Shown: piece after piece, positions 1 to 14,907 of the stretch
How the letters are laid out: each line of letters begins with the position of its first letter
How positions within the stretch are numbered: the stretch's first letter is position 1
Assembly (NCBI GenBank): GCA_052426225.1
Contig: JBNJNM010000021.1
Location: 1,240,001 to 1,304,000, forward strand
Length of the DNA stretch: 64,000 nt
Source of the DNA: Zancudomyces culisetae HAW-14-8
Taxonomy: Eukaryota; Fungi; Kickxellomycota
Direction: 5' to 3'
The notes under the pieces: generated by a model
What the model was told of the DNA's origin: nothing
Databases searched by the model: none
Seen by the model: the letters and a program-made list of their open reading frames with translations, nothing else
Position numbers and translations under genes: made by a program

Positions 1-2941
1 TATCAAACATCCAAATATATGGCATTTCTATAAAGTTAAGGCGTACATCGGTACACTAACCAAAAAATAAACGACCTATAATCCAATCGCAGGAGTGGGA
101 TCATCAAGATGTCGTATTTATTTAGTGTTTTTCGGGTTTTCTATATATCATTAGTTTACTTACATATTCCTGGTATTCCAATATTTTTGAATAGTGAAAT
201 ATAAAGTTGTAGTATTTAATTCGGACCATTGCGCAATAATAAAAAAAAGGTACATTGATCAAAATGCCATTTCCAGCATAGACAAAAAAAAATATCTGGA
301 GATAAACTTCGGTAAGTAATTGGACGAAAATATGGTAGACTTCGATATTTTTGGACACTCCGTCTGGTGGGGAATATGCGAGGAGCACTGTGCTGAATCA
401 TATCTCAGCGATAACATGCTTTTCTATAAAAAAAAACAACAAAAAAAACGAACAAAACGCAAAAATAACTGAACACAAGTGCGGATTACCAACCCACTCA
501 GTCCCAAAAAGTATTATTTTTAATTTGGTAACCTTCCAAAGTTTCAAGCAGCTAAAAATAATCATTGAGCATGGAGAAATTATGCAATATTGTAGTGCTA
601 TTGGCCAGTGTGGCTTTCTTGAAATTGTTAATAAGTGATGTCGGCAACAGCGAATATTATTTAAATTGGGTTCTATTTTTCATTTGGGAAAAACATTGAT
701 TTTCCATTTTTCTGCATTTTCCTGCAAACTACAAATTAAAACCCGCAGCGTATCTTAAATAGTACGCCAATTAAGAGATGAAAAAAGTTTTTTGAGGATC
801 AGGTGTGGTGTGAAATGTGTTTACTATTTCAAGTCATAAACTGGTGCAAAAAAAAATTTTTTTTAAAAAGTTTCAAAGGTTTTGCACAGATTATTAAATG
901 GAAATTCCTAGAAACGTTCCAAAAGATGTGAGAGCATGAATTCCCCCAGTTTGCCGAATCTCAAGTTACCAATCCAAAACGCTTGAATAAAAAATTGGTG
1001 TCAAAATGGTTTGAGGTTGGTAGGAGCAGGTTGTTACCACTTTGATGAAACTCAATGCCGCAGGATGACTGGCCATGGTAAATCAGAACCTGTATAGTGA
1101 GAAGTTTTTGGTAGTTACAAAACGGGGCATGGTCAGGTGGAATTGAGTGAATAACATACAAGAAAAAAAATAAAAAGTACAGAAACAGTTGTTCTGCAAA
1201 TTGTATGCATGGTTTGGTTTCAAGTAATTGGTTTGGGATAGGACCTTTTCCCTTTTGTTTTTAGAAAAACCTACATTGTTAATGTATAGTATATAACACT
1301 GTTTTTCCAAATATTCTTTTATATGGAAATGATATTTTTTTATCTGGAAATGTATGTAAACGAATAGTACAAGAATAGGGAAAGTGAGGTAAATTGGATA
1401 GTTAAAAAAAAGATGTGTTTGATATCACCAATAGTTCAGAGTTGCTATTTATCAATTTATCTTGATTTCATCAGTCATTTGCAAAACAGGCCAGGTTCCA
1501 TTTTACAAGGGGGGGGGAAAGTACAAAAAGAATAAGGGGCGAGGGAGCCAAAGGGAGGAAAAGAAATGCGGGAAAATTGGTTCCAATTTGTAATAGATTT
1601 CTGTCCATAGATAATCTTTCCGAAATTGTTTTAAAAACATAATTTGATTACAAAATCTTATAGGGGGATAAGAAATCTTCGGAAAAGACGAAAAGACCGC
1701 CATTTGCTTTTTTTATTTTTATTTTTATTTTTAACGATTCAGGTCAATTTTTAAACAAAATCGACTAGATAGTTAATGTAAATGATGCCCAAAAAAAAAA
1801 GAAATGACTTGCCTGGTTTGGTAAGTAAAACATTCCCTTTAGCTTGATTCTTTTTTTTCTGAGCAGTGCCAGCACAAAAAAGAAAACTATGCAATAATCA
1901 AAAGACAGAAAGAGAAAAGAGCGTGGAAGTGGGGGGGGGTGGGAGGAATGTTGACTGTGCTTATCTGTCCAACAAGCATTCTCCAACCAAACAGGTATTA
2001 TAAGGTACCAGGTCTATTATGTATAGTGCAGCAGCGTGTATAAAGACATGTACTCTGATACTCTTACTTTTGCTCTTACTCTTATTATTATCATTGTTTT
2101 ATGGAGCTAAAAGATTATGCATGGAGTGATTTATAACATTTAAAAGCAAAATTGCGCACACACATCAAAGACAAATCAACAACTTGCACTCATGTTCGTA
2201 ATGGATACAATTTAGTTTTGTTTTGTAAAGAGAATAAAACTTTAAATGTCTGTGTGTAATGTAATTTCCGAATATCGAAAATTTACTAAACAGCGAAATA
2301 GATGGGAAAAAAAAAGATTTTCATTACACTATATTGCATTACATTGCACAGTGTATATACATATAAAAACAAAGAGAAAGAGAAAAAAAACATTAAAAAA
2401 ACCTGGAGTTGGTTTGAGTATTAAAATACTGGTAAAGAAATAATCCTGTCAACCAAAAGATAATAAAATAATTAAAACATCCAAGTATCTTTTAACTTTT
2501 TTTAATTAATATTATCCTTCTTTTGTATCAAAGAAAAGTAATAGGGGATAACATACTTGTAAATTCAAGAAAAAAGTGATACATAATAATAAAGAGTGTA
2601 TTCTAAATATCAAAGATCAAAAGCTGGATAGCATAAAGTGTTAGAGAACAAAAAGGTAATTAAAAGGAGCAAAAGATTGCTTTTGATATAGCAAAACCAA
2701 AGAAAAGAAAAATATATTGTACTTTATTTTGCTTGTTTAAAAAAGTAAAAGTATGAACTACAGGTTCAATAACGTTTAACTTTTGGGTTATAATTATTAA
2801 AAAGAAAGAGAAGAGACTGAAAAGGTACATGTAATAAACTAATATTGCATTTATAAAAATAAAAACTCGCAAATAGAAATATTAAGGACAAGAAAACAAT
2901 TAATCAGCAAATAACATTAACAAAAAAGAGAAAAGTCAAAG

Positions 2942-5900
2942 ATGGTTGCACAAACAACAGCTATGGAAGAAAATAGAGGAGAGGCCGTTACACTTAGGCC
3001 ACTTACCATCAGAATTGGACAAGTAGACGTATCAGTGATGGTGCCAATGGACAAATGGGCAGTAGCTGAGCAGCTCAGAGATTCGTTTTTGGCGTCAACC
3101 TGGTTTACTGAAGTAGGCGAGAGAGAGATTGAAGCCTTTGAGGCAATTTCTAGACTTTTGAAGTTTACTACTGAGCAAATCAATAGAAAGTCGTCGCGTG
3201 TGATGTTTAAGGATATGCTGAAAATACTATTCAAGCACGTCAAGCAAAACTACCTGAAGGACAATGATGTGCATGTAGTTACACGTGACCAGGAGGCAGA
3301 GGCCAGAAACTTGATAATCAACGCATACTACTCTGCAGCAGAGATCTTGCAAAGCGGAAGAGATTTAGATAGTATGGGAACAGCCAGCGCCTTGATTTCT
3401 GAGGCAATAGCAGGAAATGTAAAATTGCTTGGTGTGTTTGGAGGACAAGGAAACAGTGAGAATTACTTTGATGAGTTGAGGTTAGTATATCAGATTTACG
3501 AGCCGCTTATCAAGGGGTATGTTGAAAAGATGGCGCTAACAATGAAAGATTGGGCACTCAGGCCAGAGTGGAGTGCAGTGTTGACTAAAGGATTGGATGT
3601 ACTGCACTGGTTGTTGCATCCCGAATCAATTCCAGATCAGGAATACATGATAGCAGCGCCAGTCAGTATGCCAGTGATAGGATTGATTCAACTGACCAAC
3701 TTTTTGGTAATGTGTAAGGTACTGAGAAAAGAACCAGGGTGGTTGGTGCAGAGAATGAAAGGCTTTACAGGTCACAGCCAGGGATTGATAACAGCAGTTG
3801 CAGTGTCATCATCAACAACTGAAGAGACATTCTGGGAAAACTCCACAACAATGTTGGCATTGTTGTTGTCTATTGGAGCACGTGGACAGTTGGTGTTCCC
3901 ACAAACAACACTGAACCCAAAGATTTACCAAGACAGTTTGGAAAACAACGAAGGAAACCCAAGCCCAATGTTGTTGGTCTCAAACCTGAATCGTAAGGAG
4001 GTGGAGAAGCACATTAGTGCAACCAACAAGTATTTGCCAGAGGGGCAAAAAGTAAGTTTGAGTTTGATCAATGGACCACGAGCATTTGTGGTATCAGGGC
4101 CACCAAAGTCATTGTATGGAATGAACTTGATGTTGCGAAAGATCAAGGAACCAGAGGGTCTTGATCAAAATCGCATCCCATACTCACAGAGAAAGCTCAA
4201 GTTTTCAAGCAGATTTTTGCCAATCACACTGCCATTCCACAGTGATTATTTGCAAAATGTTGCAGAGCTTGTTAGAAGTGATATTGCAGAATTAGGATAC
4301 AAGTTGAGCGCAGGAGAAATGAAAACTCCAGTGTTTTCGACATTTGATGGGCAAGATTTGAGAGAAAAGGAGGACATCATCAAGGAGTTGACAGAGTTGA
4401 TTTGTTTGAAGCCAGTTGATTGGCCAGTAGCAACCAAGTGTGAGGGGATCACACATATAATAGATTATGGACCAGGAGGATTCTCAGGAGTAGGATTTAT
4501 GACACACCGCAACAAGGAAGGCACAGGGGTGAGAATTATTTTGGCAGGAGTATTGGAGGGAAGTGATATCGATGTATCATTGAAATCTGATATATTTGAT
4601 GTCAGAAGCTCAGCAGTAAGGTATGCGCAGAACTGGGCTAAGGACTTTGCACCCAAATTGGTTCGCACAGCATGCGACAATAAGATTCATATTGACACAC
4701 CAATGAGTAGACTTCTTGGAAAGCCACCAATTATGGTTCCAGGAATGACACCAACAACAGTTGGAGAAAAGTTTGTATCAGCGACAATGAATGCAGGATA
4801 TCATATTGAGTTGTCAGGAGGAGGACACTTTAATGAAAAGGTGTTGCGGGAGAAGGTGGACAAGATTATCAATCTTGTGAATCCAGGAATGGGAATTACA
4901 TTGAACATTATATTTTTGAATGTGTTCCAATGGGGATTCCAATTCCCACTGATCCAGCAGATGAGAAGAGAGGGAATTCCAATGGAAGGACTCTGTGTAG
5001 CTGCAGGAGTACCATCAATCGAGTTGGCAGATGAGATTACAGGTGCGTTGAAGGCAGCAGGATTAAAGCATGTGTCATTCAAACCAGGTTCAGCAACAGC
5101 AATTAGACAGGTGGTGAATATTGCCAAGCGATCTCCAGATATGTCGATAATTCTTCAATGGACAGGAGGAAGAGCAGGAGGACATCACAGTTTTGAAGAT
5201 GTACATCAACCAATTTTGGAGACATATGCACAGATAAGAAGCCAAAGAAACATTATACTGGTAGCAGGTAGTGGATTAGGAGGAGTAGATGATACATTGC
5301 CATACCTAACAGGAGACTGGAGTGAGTCATACAACTATCCAAAGATGCCATTTGATGGAATACTGTTGGGATCTCGAGTAATGGTGGCAAAGGAGGGACA
5401 GGCAGATGATGCAGTGAAGGCCAGAATAGTAGAGGCAACAGGAGTGGAGAACGATGACTGGGAAAAGACATACAGTGGAGTTGCAGGAGGAATTACAACA
5501 GTAATGTCAGAACTTGGCGAACCAATTCACAAGATTGCGACACGCGGAGTGATGTTGTGGAAAGAGTTTGATGAGACGATTTTCAAGATTCCACGAGAGA
5601 AGCGGGCAAACACCATTCGCGAAATGAAACCATATATCATTGAGCGGTTGAATGCTGATTATCAGAAACCATACTTTGGAAGAAAGATGGATGGAAGCAT
5701 AGCCGATTTAGAAGAGATGACATATGAAGAGGTTGCTTATCGATTGGTAGAGTTGTTGTATGTTAAGAAACAAAGCAGATGGATCGATTATACATTGCGA
5801 GATACAACAGCAGACTTTTTGCGACGAATTGAGGAGAGATTTAGTGTTAAGGATTCGGAATCATTGTTGCAATCGAATGCAGAATTGGATATTGAGCCAT

Positions 5901-8900
5901 TGAAGGTAGTTGATGCAATTTTGGAACATTATCCAGAGTCCAAGACTCAGCTTTTGACAACTCAGGATATCCAGTACTTTATTAGTTTGTGTATGATAGT
6001 TACTCGCAAACCAGTGCCATTCATTCCACTTTTGGATAAAAACTTTGATATCTGGTTCAAAAAGGATAGTTTGTGGCAGAGTGAGGATTTGGAGGCAGTG
6101 GTAGATGCTGACGTGGGAAGAGTATGTATTCTGCAGGGACCTGTAGCAGTCAAATACTCTACCAAGGCTAACGAGCCAATAGCAGATATTTTGGGAGGAA
6201 TTTACCAGGGACAAATCGATGCGTTGTTGAATAGATACTATGACGGAGATAAGGATAGAATTCCAGTGGCAGAATATTTGGGTGCACAGCCAAGACCATC
6301 GACTTTGCGTAAAGGTTCAGCTGTAGATATTCGACTGTTTGACAATTCATTGGTATATGAATTGCCAGCCAGAACCAAGGATTTGCCAGATGAGAATTCA
6401 TGGTTTGAGACATTGGCAGGAGTTAGAGCTAGTTGGTTGAGAGCATTTATCAGCTCGGATATGGTTGTTCAAGGCAAGCGGTTTTCCAACAATGTAATTA
6501 AACGAGTATTGAGACCAAGAATTGGACAGATAGTCACCATTACACAAAATGCATCCGGATTGCCATCAAGTTTGAGTGTACAGGATAAGAGCGGATATGA
6601 AGCAGTCAAAGTTAGTGTAGATAACAAGAACCGAATTACACTTGTGCTCAATTTCCCAGTACGCGACCAGGTATGCAGTCTTGAATTGTTCTTCAAGTAT
6701 GCACCCGACCAACCATACGCTCTCATTCATGAAGAAATGGAGTCCAAGAACAACAACATCAAACGATTCTACAACCAGGTGTGGTTTGGACTTGATGCTC
6801 CTGAGGATGCTTTGCATATTACTGACAAGACACACTTGTTTGAGACAAAGCCAATTGAAGTTAAGCGCAAGGACATTGTAGATTTCTGCAAGACTGTGGG
6901 TAACAACTCGGAGCGATATGTTGATAGAGGCCAGAAACATGTGTATGCACCAATAGATTTTGCCATTAAACTCGGATGGGAAGCCATTTGCCAAGCCATG
7001 TTCCCCAAATTTATTGACGGAAATCTGTTGGAATTGGTGCACTTGACCAATGGGTTTGAAATCATTGATAGTACTGAACCATTAAAGTCTGGAGACATGA
7101 TAAACTCACGAGTCAGGATTGAATCAGTGGTTAACACACCATCAGGAAAGAAGCTTTCAGTAGTTGCCAAGTTGATGAGACAAGGCAAGCGAGTTATGAA
7201 TGTTCGAACATCGTTCTTGTACAGAGGAACATTCTTGGATTTCGAAAACACCCACCAAAAGATCAGCGAGACACCAGTGGAGTTGAAGATTTCGTCAGTC
7301 AAGGACATTGCAGTGTTGCGTAGTAAGGAATGGTTTATCCAAAAGGAAAACGTCGACCATGACATTGAAGTAGGCTCAGTCTTGGTATTTAGATTGATGT
7401 CTGAGGTTGGATACCTTTCAACCAACCAATACTCTTCAGTCAAGACAACCGGAACAGTAGAGATGCAAGTATCAACCAAAGAATTTGTGGAAATTGCCAA
7501 TGTTGATTATGAAAGCGGACCATCTTATGGAAACCCAGTAATTGAATACCTTAACCGTTCAGGAAAACCCATTGAAAAAGTCGTGTACTTTGAAAATGGA
7601 GGATATTCAGTCATGCCTAGAGGTGGGTTGTTCAGTTCAACAGTCAATGCACCAAATTCCAACCGTCCATACTCTGTAATCTCTGGTGATCACAATCCGA
7701 TTCATACAAGCCCATACTTTGCAGACTATAGCGGATTGCCAGGTACTATTACTCATGGAATGTGGACATCAGCATCATCCCGCAAGTTTGTGGAAATCTT
7801 TGCAGCCGATAATCAGCCTGAACGTGTAGCAGCTTATAGTGTCCAGTTCTTGGATATGGTATTGCCAAATGACCAATTGGAAACCAAGCTTAAACATGTT
7901 GGTATGAAGGAAGGACGTAAACTGATTCGTGTGGAGACATTTAACCAAAACGGAGTCAAGGTATTGGAAGGAACAGCCGAGGTTGATCAGCCAATCACTG
8001 CCTATGCCTTTACTGGACAAGGTTCTCAAGAAATGGGAATGGGAATGGATTTGTACCAGAAATCATCAGTCGCTCGTTTGGTCTGGGATACTGCCGACAA
8101 GCACATGTTGGAACATTATGGATTTAGCATTTTGGATATTGTACGCAACAATCCAATTTCCAAAACCATTTACTTTGGAGGCTCAAAGGGCGAGCGTATC
8201 AAGCAAAACTATATGACTATGGCTTATGAAACCATTGGTGCTGATGGCCAGACTGTGTCTATTCCTTTGTTCCCTGAAATCACCACCGATTCCACTTTTT
8301 ACACTTTCCGTTCTCCAAATGGCCTGCTTTCATCTACTCAATTCACCCAGCCTTCGTTGCTATTGTTTGAGTTGGCTGCCTTTGAAGACATGAACGCCAA
8401 CAAGCTCATCCGTGGAGATGCACCATTTGCCGGTCACTCATTGGGTGAATACGGTGCTCTTAGTGCCTTTGGTCGTGTAGTAAGTGTGGAGTCTGCAGTT
8501 GAAATAGGATTCTATCGTGGAATGACTATGCAAGTCGCAGTCAAGAGAGATTCATTGGGTCGTAGCGAATATGGAATGATTGCAGTCAATCCAGCTAGAG
8601 TCGGCAAAGGATTTACAGAACGTGCTCTGAGCCATCTGGTCGATTCTATTCGAAAGACTACTGGTGGTTTGATTGAAATCGTCAATTACAATGTCGAAAA
8701 TTGGCAGTACGTGGTCGCTGGAGAACTTCGGTTGTTGGATGCTTTAGGTTTCATCACCAATTACATCCACGCGAACAAATTAGATTTGGCTTCTTTGGTC
8801 ATCAAACCTACTGCAGCTGCTCCTGGAGTCTTTGATTTCTCAAAGGTTGACGAGGTATTGTCTCGTATTATTGCTGAAGCAATTACCCAAGTAGATGCCA

Positions 8901-11900
8901 AAATCGCAGCTTCAGCAAAGAATGGCGGTGCTTTGCAATTATCACGAACCAATGCAACCATTCCACTAGCAGGAATCGATGTTCCATTCCATTCATCCTT
9001 CTTGTTGCCGGTGTTGGACCTTTCCGAAACTTTTTGTTGCGTAAGTTGAATGTTACAGATGTCGATGTTACCAGATTGAAGAACAGATACATTCCTAATG
9101 TCACAGCTGAACCATTTGATGTAACCAAATCATACTTTGAATTGGTATTTAAAGCAACCAACTCAAAACGAATTGCCGAAGCTTTGAAAAACTGGAATGA
9201 TCAAACTTGCCAATTGCCATCTGAGCAACAGAAATTGGGTTACACTTTGTTGATTGAATTGTTGTCTTATCAATTTGCCAGTGCTGTTAGATGGATTGAA
9301 ACTCAAGACTTGCTGTTTGGAAACGACAACAATGGATTCTCTATTGAACAGTTTATTGAAATTGGACCTACTCCTACTTTGGTCGGAATGGCTCAACGCA
9401 CTCTCAAGATGAAATATGAGGCTAATGACGATATCATGAACAAATCAAGATCTACAATGTGCTATACTAAGGACCAAAAGGAATTGTACTATGCTTATGA
9501 TCCCGAACCAGAGCCAGAGTCTGAGTCTGAGCCAGAACAACAACAAGCTGCAACATCAGCTCCAGTACCAGCAGCAGCAGCAGCTCCAGTAGCAGCAGCT
9601 CCAGTTCCAATAGCAGCAGCAGCAGCAGCAGCAGAGCAAGTAGTGGATGTACCAATTTCAGTATCAGAAGTTTTGGTAGCAGTAATAGCACAAAAACTCA
9701 AGAAACAAGCTAGCGAAATTCAAACATCTAAATCAATCAAGGATTTGGTAGGCGGTAAATCAACTATGCAAAACGAGATTCTTGGAGACTTGCAAAAGGA
9801 GTTTGCAAACAGTGTTCCAGAAAAGGCTGAGGAACAAGCCATTAGCGATTTGGCTCAGGCTATCAATTCAGGAGGTGTATCATTGGGTAAATTCACCAGT
9901 GCACAAATCTCCAAGATGGTAAGCAGCAAAATGCCAGGAGGTGTTTCACTATCCAAACTCAAGGCACAGATTGGATCTACTTATGGATTGGGTCCACAAC
10001 GTACTGATGGATTGTTGTTGTTAGCAATGACTATGGAACCAGAAAGTCGATTGGGTTCCGATGCCGATGTTTCTGCTTGGTTGGGTAAAGTATCAACAGT
10101 TTATGCATCACGATCTGGAATTAGTTATTCTGCAGCCTCATCCTCATCTGCATCAGGTGCTGGTGGTGCTGGCAGTGGAGGATCAGTTGTGACTATTAAT
10201 AGTAAAGAGTTTGAGTTGGAAAAAGAAAACCAACGCAAGATGATTTATGCTCATCTCAAGGTTCTGGCCAATTATTTGGGCTTGGATATGAGAAAGGGAG
10301 ATAGAGCCAACGAGGTTTCACAGAAATTGATGACAGACTTGCAAGGAAACTTGGATTTGTGGGTAGAAGAACATGGACAGGATTATGCTGATGGAATCAA
10401 GCCTCAATTTGATATTCTAAAGGCACGCAAATTCGATTCATCCTGGAACTGGGCTAAACAAGATGCTCTGATTTTGTATTATGAAATTTTGTTTGGACGT
10501 CTTAAGGAGGTGGACAGAGAAATCACATCAATGTGTATCCATTTGATGAACCGATCTACTCCTGAGCTGGTTGCGTTTATGGAACATTATATTGGTACCT
10601 TGGACGAATCGTTTGGTGATACTTACCAATTGGCCAAACGTCTAGGTGAGATGTTGATTGAAAACTGTAAGGAAGTTATGAAGGTTGATCCAGTCTATAA
10701 AGACGTTAGTTACCCAACTGGTCCTCAAACAACTATTTCAAAGGCTGGAGATATTGAATATACCGAAACTACAAGATCAAACGAACGAAAACTTCAAGAC
10801 TATGTTCGTGCAATGATTCGTGGAACTAAATCCAATTCTACCACCACTACCCAAAACAGTGGCGAGAAGAATCCAGATATGCCATACTTGTTTTTGCAAA
10901 AGCAAAATGATAGTGGTGACTGGGAATACTCACCAGAAATTACAGAAAAATACTTCAATGTAATTTCTGATGGAGCTGTCAACGGACTTTCATTCCACCA
11001 TCTCAGTGTCTTGGTAACAGGATGTGGTGAGGGATCTATTGGCGCAAGCATGGTTAAAGGACTGCTTAGTGGAGGTGCTCAAGTAGTTATTACAACTTCA
11101 CGATACAGCAAAAAAGTGATGGAATACTACCAACGAATGTACCATCGCTTTGGATCCAAGGGATCGTCGCTGATTGTTGTGCCGTTCAACCAGGGATCCT
11201 TGAGAGATGTTAAGGGGTTGGTTGATTATATCTACAACACTGATCCAAAGAATGGATTGGGAATGGATCTGGATGCCATTATTCCATTTGCAGCTATTCC
11301 TGAACAAGGTCTTGAAGTCAGCGACATTGGATCACGCTCTGAACTGGCGCACCGTATTATGTTGACCAATCTGTACCGATTGTTGGGTGAGGTAAAGAGC
11401 CAAAAACAAAAACGCGGATTCGATACCAGACCCGCACAAGTGATTTTGCCACTATCATCTAACCATGGAACATTTGGAGGCGACGGATTGTATGGAGAAA
11501 GTAAGATTGGATTGGAGACGCTGTTTAACAGATGGCATTCAGAATCGTGGGGTTCATACCTGACCATTACAGGCGCAGTGATTGGATGGACTCGCGGAAC
11601 TGGACTGATGTCGGCCAACAATATTGTCGCTGAAGGAATTGAGAAATTGGGAGTACGAACATTTTCGACAATGGAAATGTCATTTAACATTTTGGGACTG
11701 TTGCATCCTTCGATTGCCAAACTGGCACAACACTTCCCACTGTGGGCAGATTTCAACGGAGGCTTGCAGTATATCAAGAATGTGCGTGAGTTTACCAACA
11801 GTCTTCGTGAACAGCTCCGAACCAACAGCGATATCCAGAAATCAGTCGCTTACGATACATCTCTGGACCATTCGACCGTTGAGGGAACAAAGAGCGAGCT

Positions 11901-14900
11901 GCTTTACAAATCGGCCAAGGTTAAGCCGCGTGCAAACATGAAGATTAATTTCCCAAAACTGAGATCGTACAATGACTTTGAGAAACGGTTGACTTCGCTA
12001 AGAGGAATGTTGAATCTTGACCAAGTAGTTGTAATCACTGGATTTGGTGAAGTCGGACCTTGGGGAAATGCCCAGACCAGATGGGAAATGGAGTCGTATG
12101 GAGAGTTTTCGTTGGAGGGATGTATCGAGTTGGCGTGGATCATGGGCTACATTACTCATTTCGACGGCCGCCTCAAGTCCACTGGTGCGCATTATACCGG
12201 CTGGGTAGTCTCGGCAACTGGCGAGCCTATTGACGATCGCGATGTCAAGGCCCGGTTTGAAAAACAGATTCTTGAACATACTGGAATCCGCTTCATTGAG
12301 CCAGAGTTGGTTGATGGCTACGACCCCGAACGCAAATCGTTCTTGCGCGAAGTTGTCTTGGAGGCTGACCTCAAGCCATTCACTACTACTGCCGAAGAAG
12401 CCGCCCACTTCCAACTCAAGAACCCTGACCACGTCGATGTCTGGGCCAACGATGGTGATGGTGATGACGATTCCTGGTCTGTCCAGTTCCTGAAGGGCGC
12501 TACTCTTATGGTTCCAAAGGCTCTCCGCCACGAAACTCTGGTCGCTGGTCAAATCCCCACTGGCTGGAGTGCCGAACGCTACGGAATCCCCAAGGACATT
12601 ATCGACCAAGTCGATCGTGTCACTCTGTTTGTGCTTGTTGCCACGGCTGAGGCTCTGCTCCGGGCTGGTATTTCCGATCCTTATGAAATGTACAAATACG
12701 TCCACGTCTCGCAAGTCGGAAACACCACTGGTTCTGGTGTCGGTGGAATGCGCAGCAACCGCCAAATGTACAAGAACCGCTTCCTTGACCACCCCGTTCA
12801 AAAGGATGTCCTACAAGAAACCTTCATCAACACCATGTCTGCCTGGGTCAACATGTTGTTGCTGAGCAGTTCTGGTCCCATCAAGACCCCCGTAGGCGCC
12901 TGTGCCACTGCCGTTCTTTCCCTCGAAATTGCCCTCGACACTATCCAAACCGGCCGTGCCAAGATTGTCCTGGCTGGTGGCTTTGACGACTTCCAAGAAG
13001 AAAGCTTTGCTGAATTTGCCAACATGAAGGCTACCTCAAACTCCATTGACGAATTGGCTCGTGGCCGCTCTCCTGCCGAAATGTCTCGTCCTGCCACCAC
13101 TACCCGCAGTGGCTTTATGGAAGCCCACGGCTCCGGTATTGCCGTCCTCATGTCTGCCTCTACTGCTCTTGAAATGGGTGTTCCTATCTACGGAATTGTC
13201 GCCCTCACAAACACCGCCACTGACAAAGAAGGCCGTAGCGTCCCTGCTCCTGGCCAGGGTATCCTCACCACTGCCCGCGAACTTCCCTCACTTGTTAAAT
13301 CTCCTCTCTTGGATATCAACTATCGTCAACGTCAATTGGCCTTTGCTCGTCAAAACATTTCTCACTGGGTTACAACTGAACTTGACCAATTACGTTCCGA
13401 AATCAATTCCAATTCCAATTCAAACTCTGATTCTGGTTCTGATTCTGAATTTGAATTTGTTCTTCCTCCTAACCTATCAAAAGAAGACTATCTCAAAGAA
13501 CGCACCCAATACATCAACAACGAAGCCATCCGTATGGAAAGAGTCGCCCAGTCTCAATGGGGCATGGACTTCTACAAGAACGATCCTCGCATCTCTCCTC
13601 TACGTGGCGCCCTCGCCGTCTACAACCTCACCGTCGATGATATCGGTGTCGCCAGTTTCCACGGTACCAGCACCGTCGCCAACGACAAAAACGAATCCGA
13701 TGTCTTCAACCAACAGTTTGCCCATCTCGGCAGAACCCCCGGAAACGCCTGCCCTGCCATCTTCCAAAAATACCTCACTGGCCACTCAAAGGGTGCTGCT
13801 GCCGCGTGGATGCTTAACGGCGTCACCCAATCCATCCTCTCTGGTATCATTCCTGGCAACAGAAATGCCGACAATATCGATTCTGCCATGAACAAATTCG
13901 ACTACATCCTCTACCCATCTACCTCCATCCAAACCGATGGCATCAAGGCTGGTCTCCTCAAATCCTTCGGTTTCGGTCAAGTCGGCGGCGAAGTTCTCGT
14001 TGTTCATCCTGACCACCTCTTTGCCTCCCTCTCCGAATCCGCTTACTCCTCTTACTGCCAAAAAGTCGAAAAACGTAAGTTGTCCGCCTTCAGAGTCTAT
14101 CATGACTCTCTTACTGGTGTCCGCCCTTACGTTAAGGTCAAGTCCTCCGCTCCTTACTCTTCTGAAATTCAATCCTCTGTATATCTTGATCCTACCTCCC
14201 GTGCCCATTACGATCCTATCTCCCAGTCTTACTCTTTCTCCTCTCCTTCTCCTTCTCCTTCTCCTTCTCCTTCTCCTTCTCGTTCCCCTTCCAATTCCAA
14301 TTCCAATTCTAAATCTACTCCAACCCAAATGCAAATCCAAACCCAAACCCAATCTTCTACTTTTGCTTCCTCTCTTACTTCCCCTATTTCCCCTTCTGCT
14401 CCTTCTTCTTCTCCTTCTTCTTCCCCTGATGGTATCGCCGCTTTACTTCTCTCATCTCTACCAAAACACTCTACTTCTTCATCCTCTTCATCTCATACTG
14501 GTGTCGGTATGGACTTTGAACTAGTTTCCGCTCTTAACTATGATCCTTCCTCCTCTTTCATCTCAAACAACTTTACCCCCGCTGAAATTGCCTATTGCTC
14601 GTCTCACCCTGATCCCGCATCAAGCTTTACCGGTAAATGGTGCGCAAAGGAAGCTGTTTACAAAGCCATCTCCAATTTCACTTCCTCCACTTCTAATCCT
14701 AACTCTGCTAATCCTTGGTCTGGTATTACCAGAGGTCCAGCCCAACCACTCATCAACATTGAAATCTTAAATGACCAATTTGGTGCTCCTTATGTAACCT
14801 TCCATAACGAATCAAAGAACTTGCTTTCTTCTGCTGGAATCAAAAATGTTGCTGTTTCTATTAGCCACTCTGGTTCTTATGCTGGTGCCTTTGCTTTGGC

Positions 14901-14907
14901 CCAATAA
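2942..14907 (+). CDS. FAS1/FAS2: Single-chain fungal type I fatty acid synthase (AT-ER-DH-MPT-ACP-KR-KS-PPT), split into two ORFs (2942-9049, 9034-14907) by an apparent 1-nt deletion near 9008-9011
   Basis: AT motifs FGGQG and GHSQG; ER GGRAGGHHS; DH SGDHNPIH/HGMW; MPT FTGQGSQ, GHSLGEY, PFHS; ACP GGKSTMQNEILGDL; KR VTGCGEGSIG; KS PVGACATA, HGTST, GHSKGAA; PPT GVGMD...KEAVYKA...SISHS. Adding one base at CCG(G)GT restores PFHSSFLLPGVGPFRNFLLRK. The position where ascomycetes split FAS1 from FAS2 (before LLIELLSYQFAS) is continuous here. Confidence 0.95.
14239..14280 (+). repeat. (TCTCCT)n hexamer microsatellite encoding a Ser-Pro linker ahead of the FAS PPT domain
   Basis: Visible tandem TCTCCT run translating to SPSPSPSP. 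Confidence 0.85.

Noticed and set aside
1-2900. Short ORFs upstream of FAS
   Set aside because: Low-complexity AT-rich translations without recognisable domains
11232-14770. Overlapping 100-280 aa ORFs within FAS
   Set aside because: Shadow frames caused by biased codon use; no motifs
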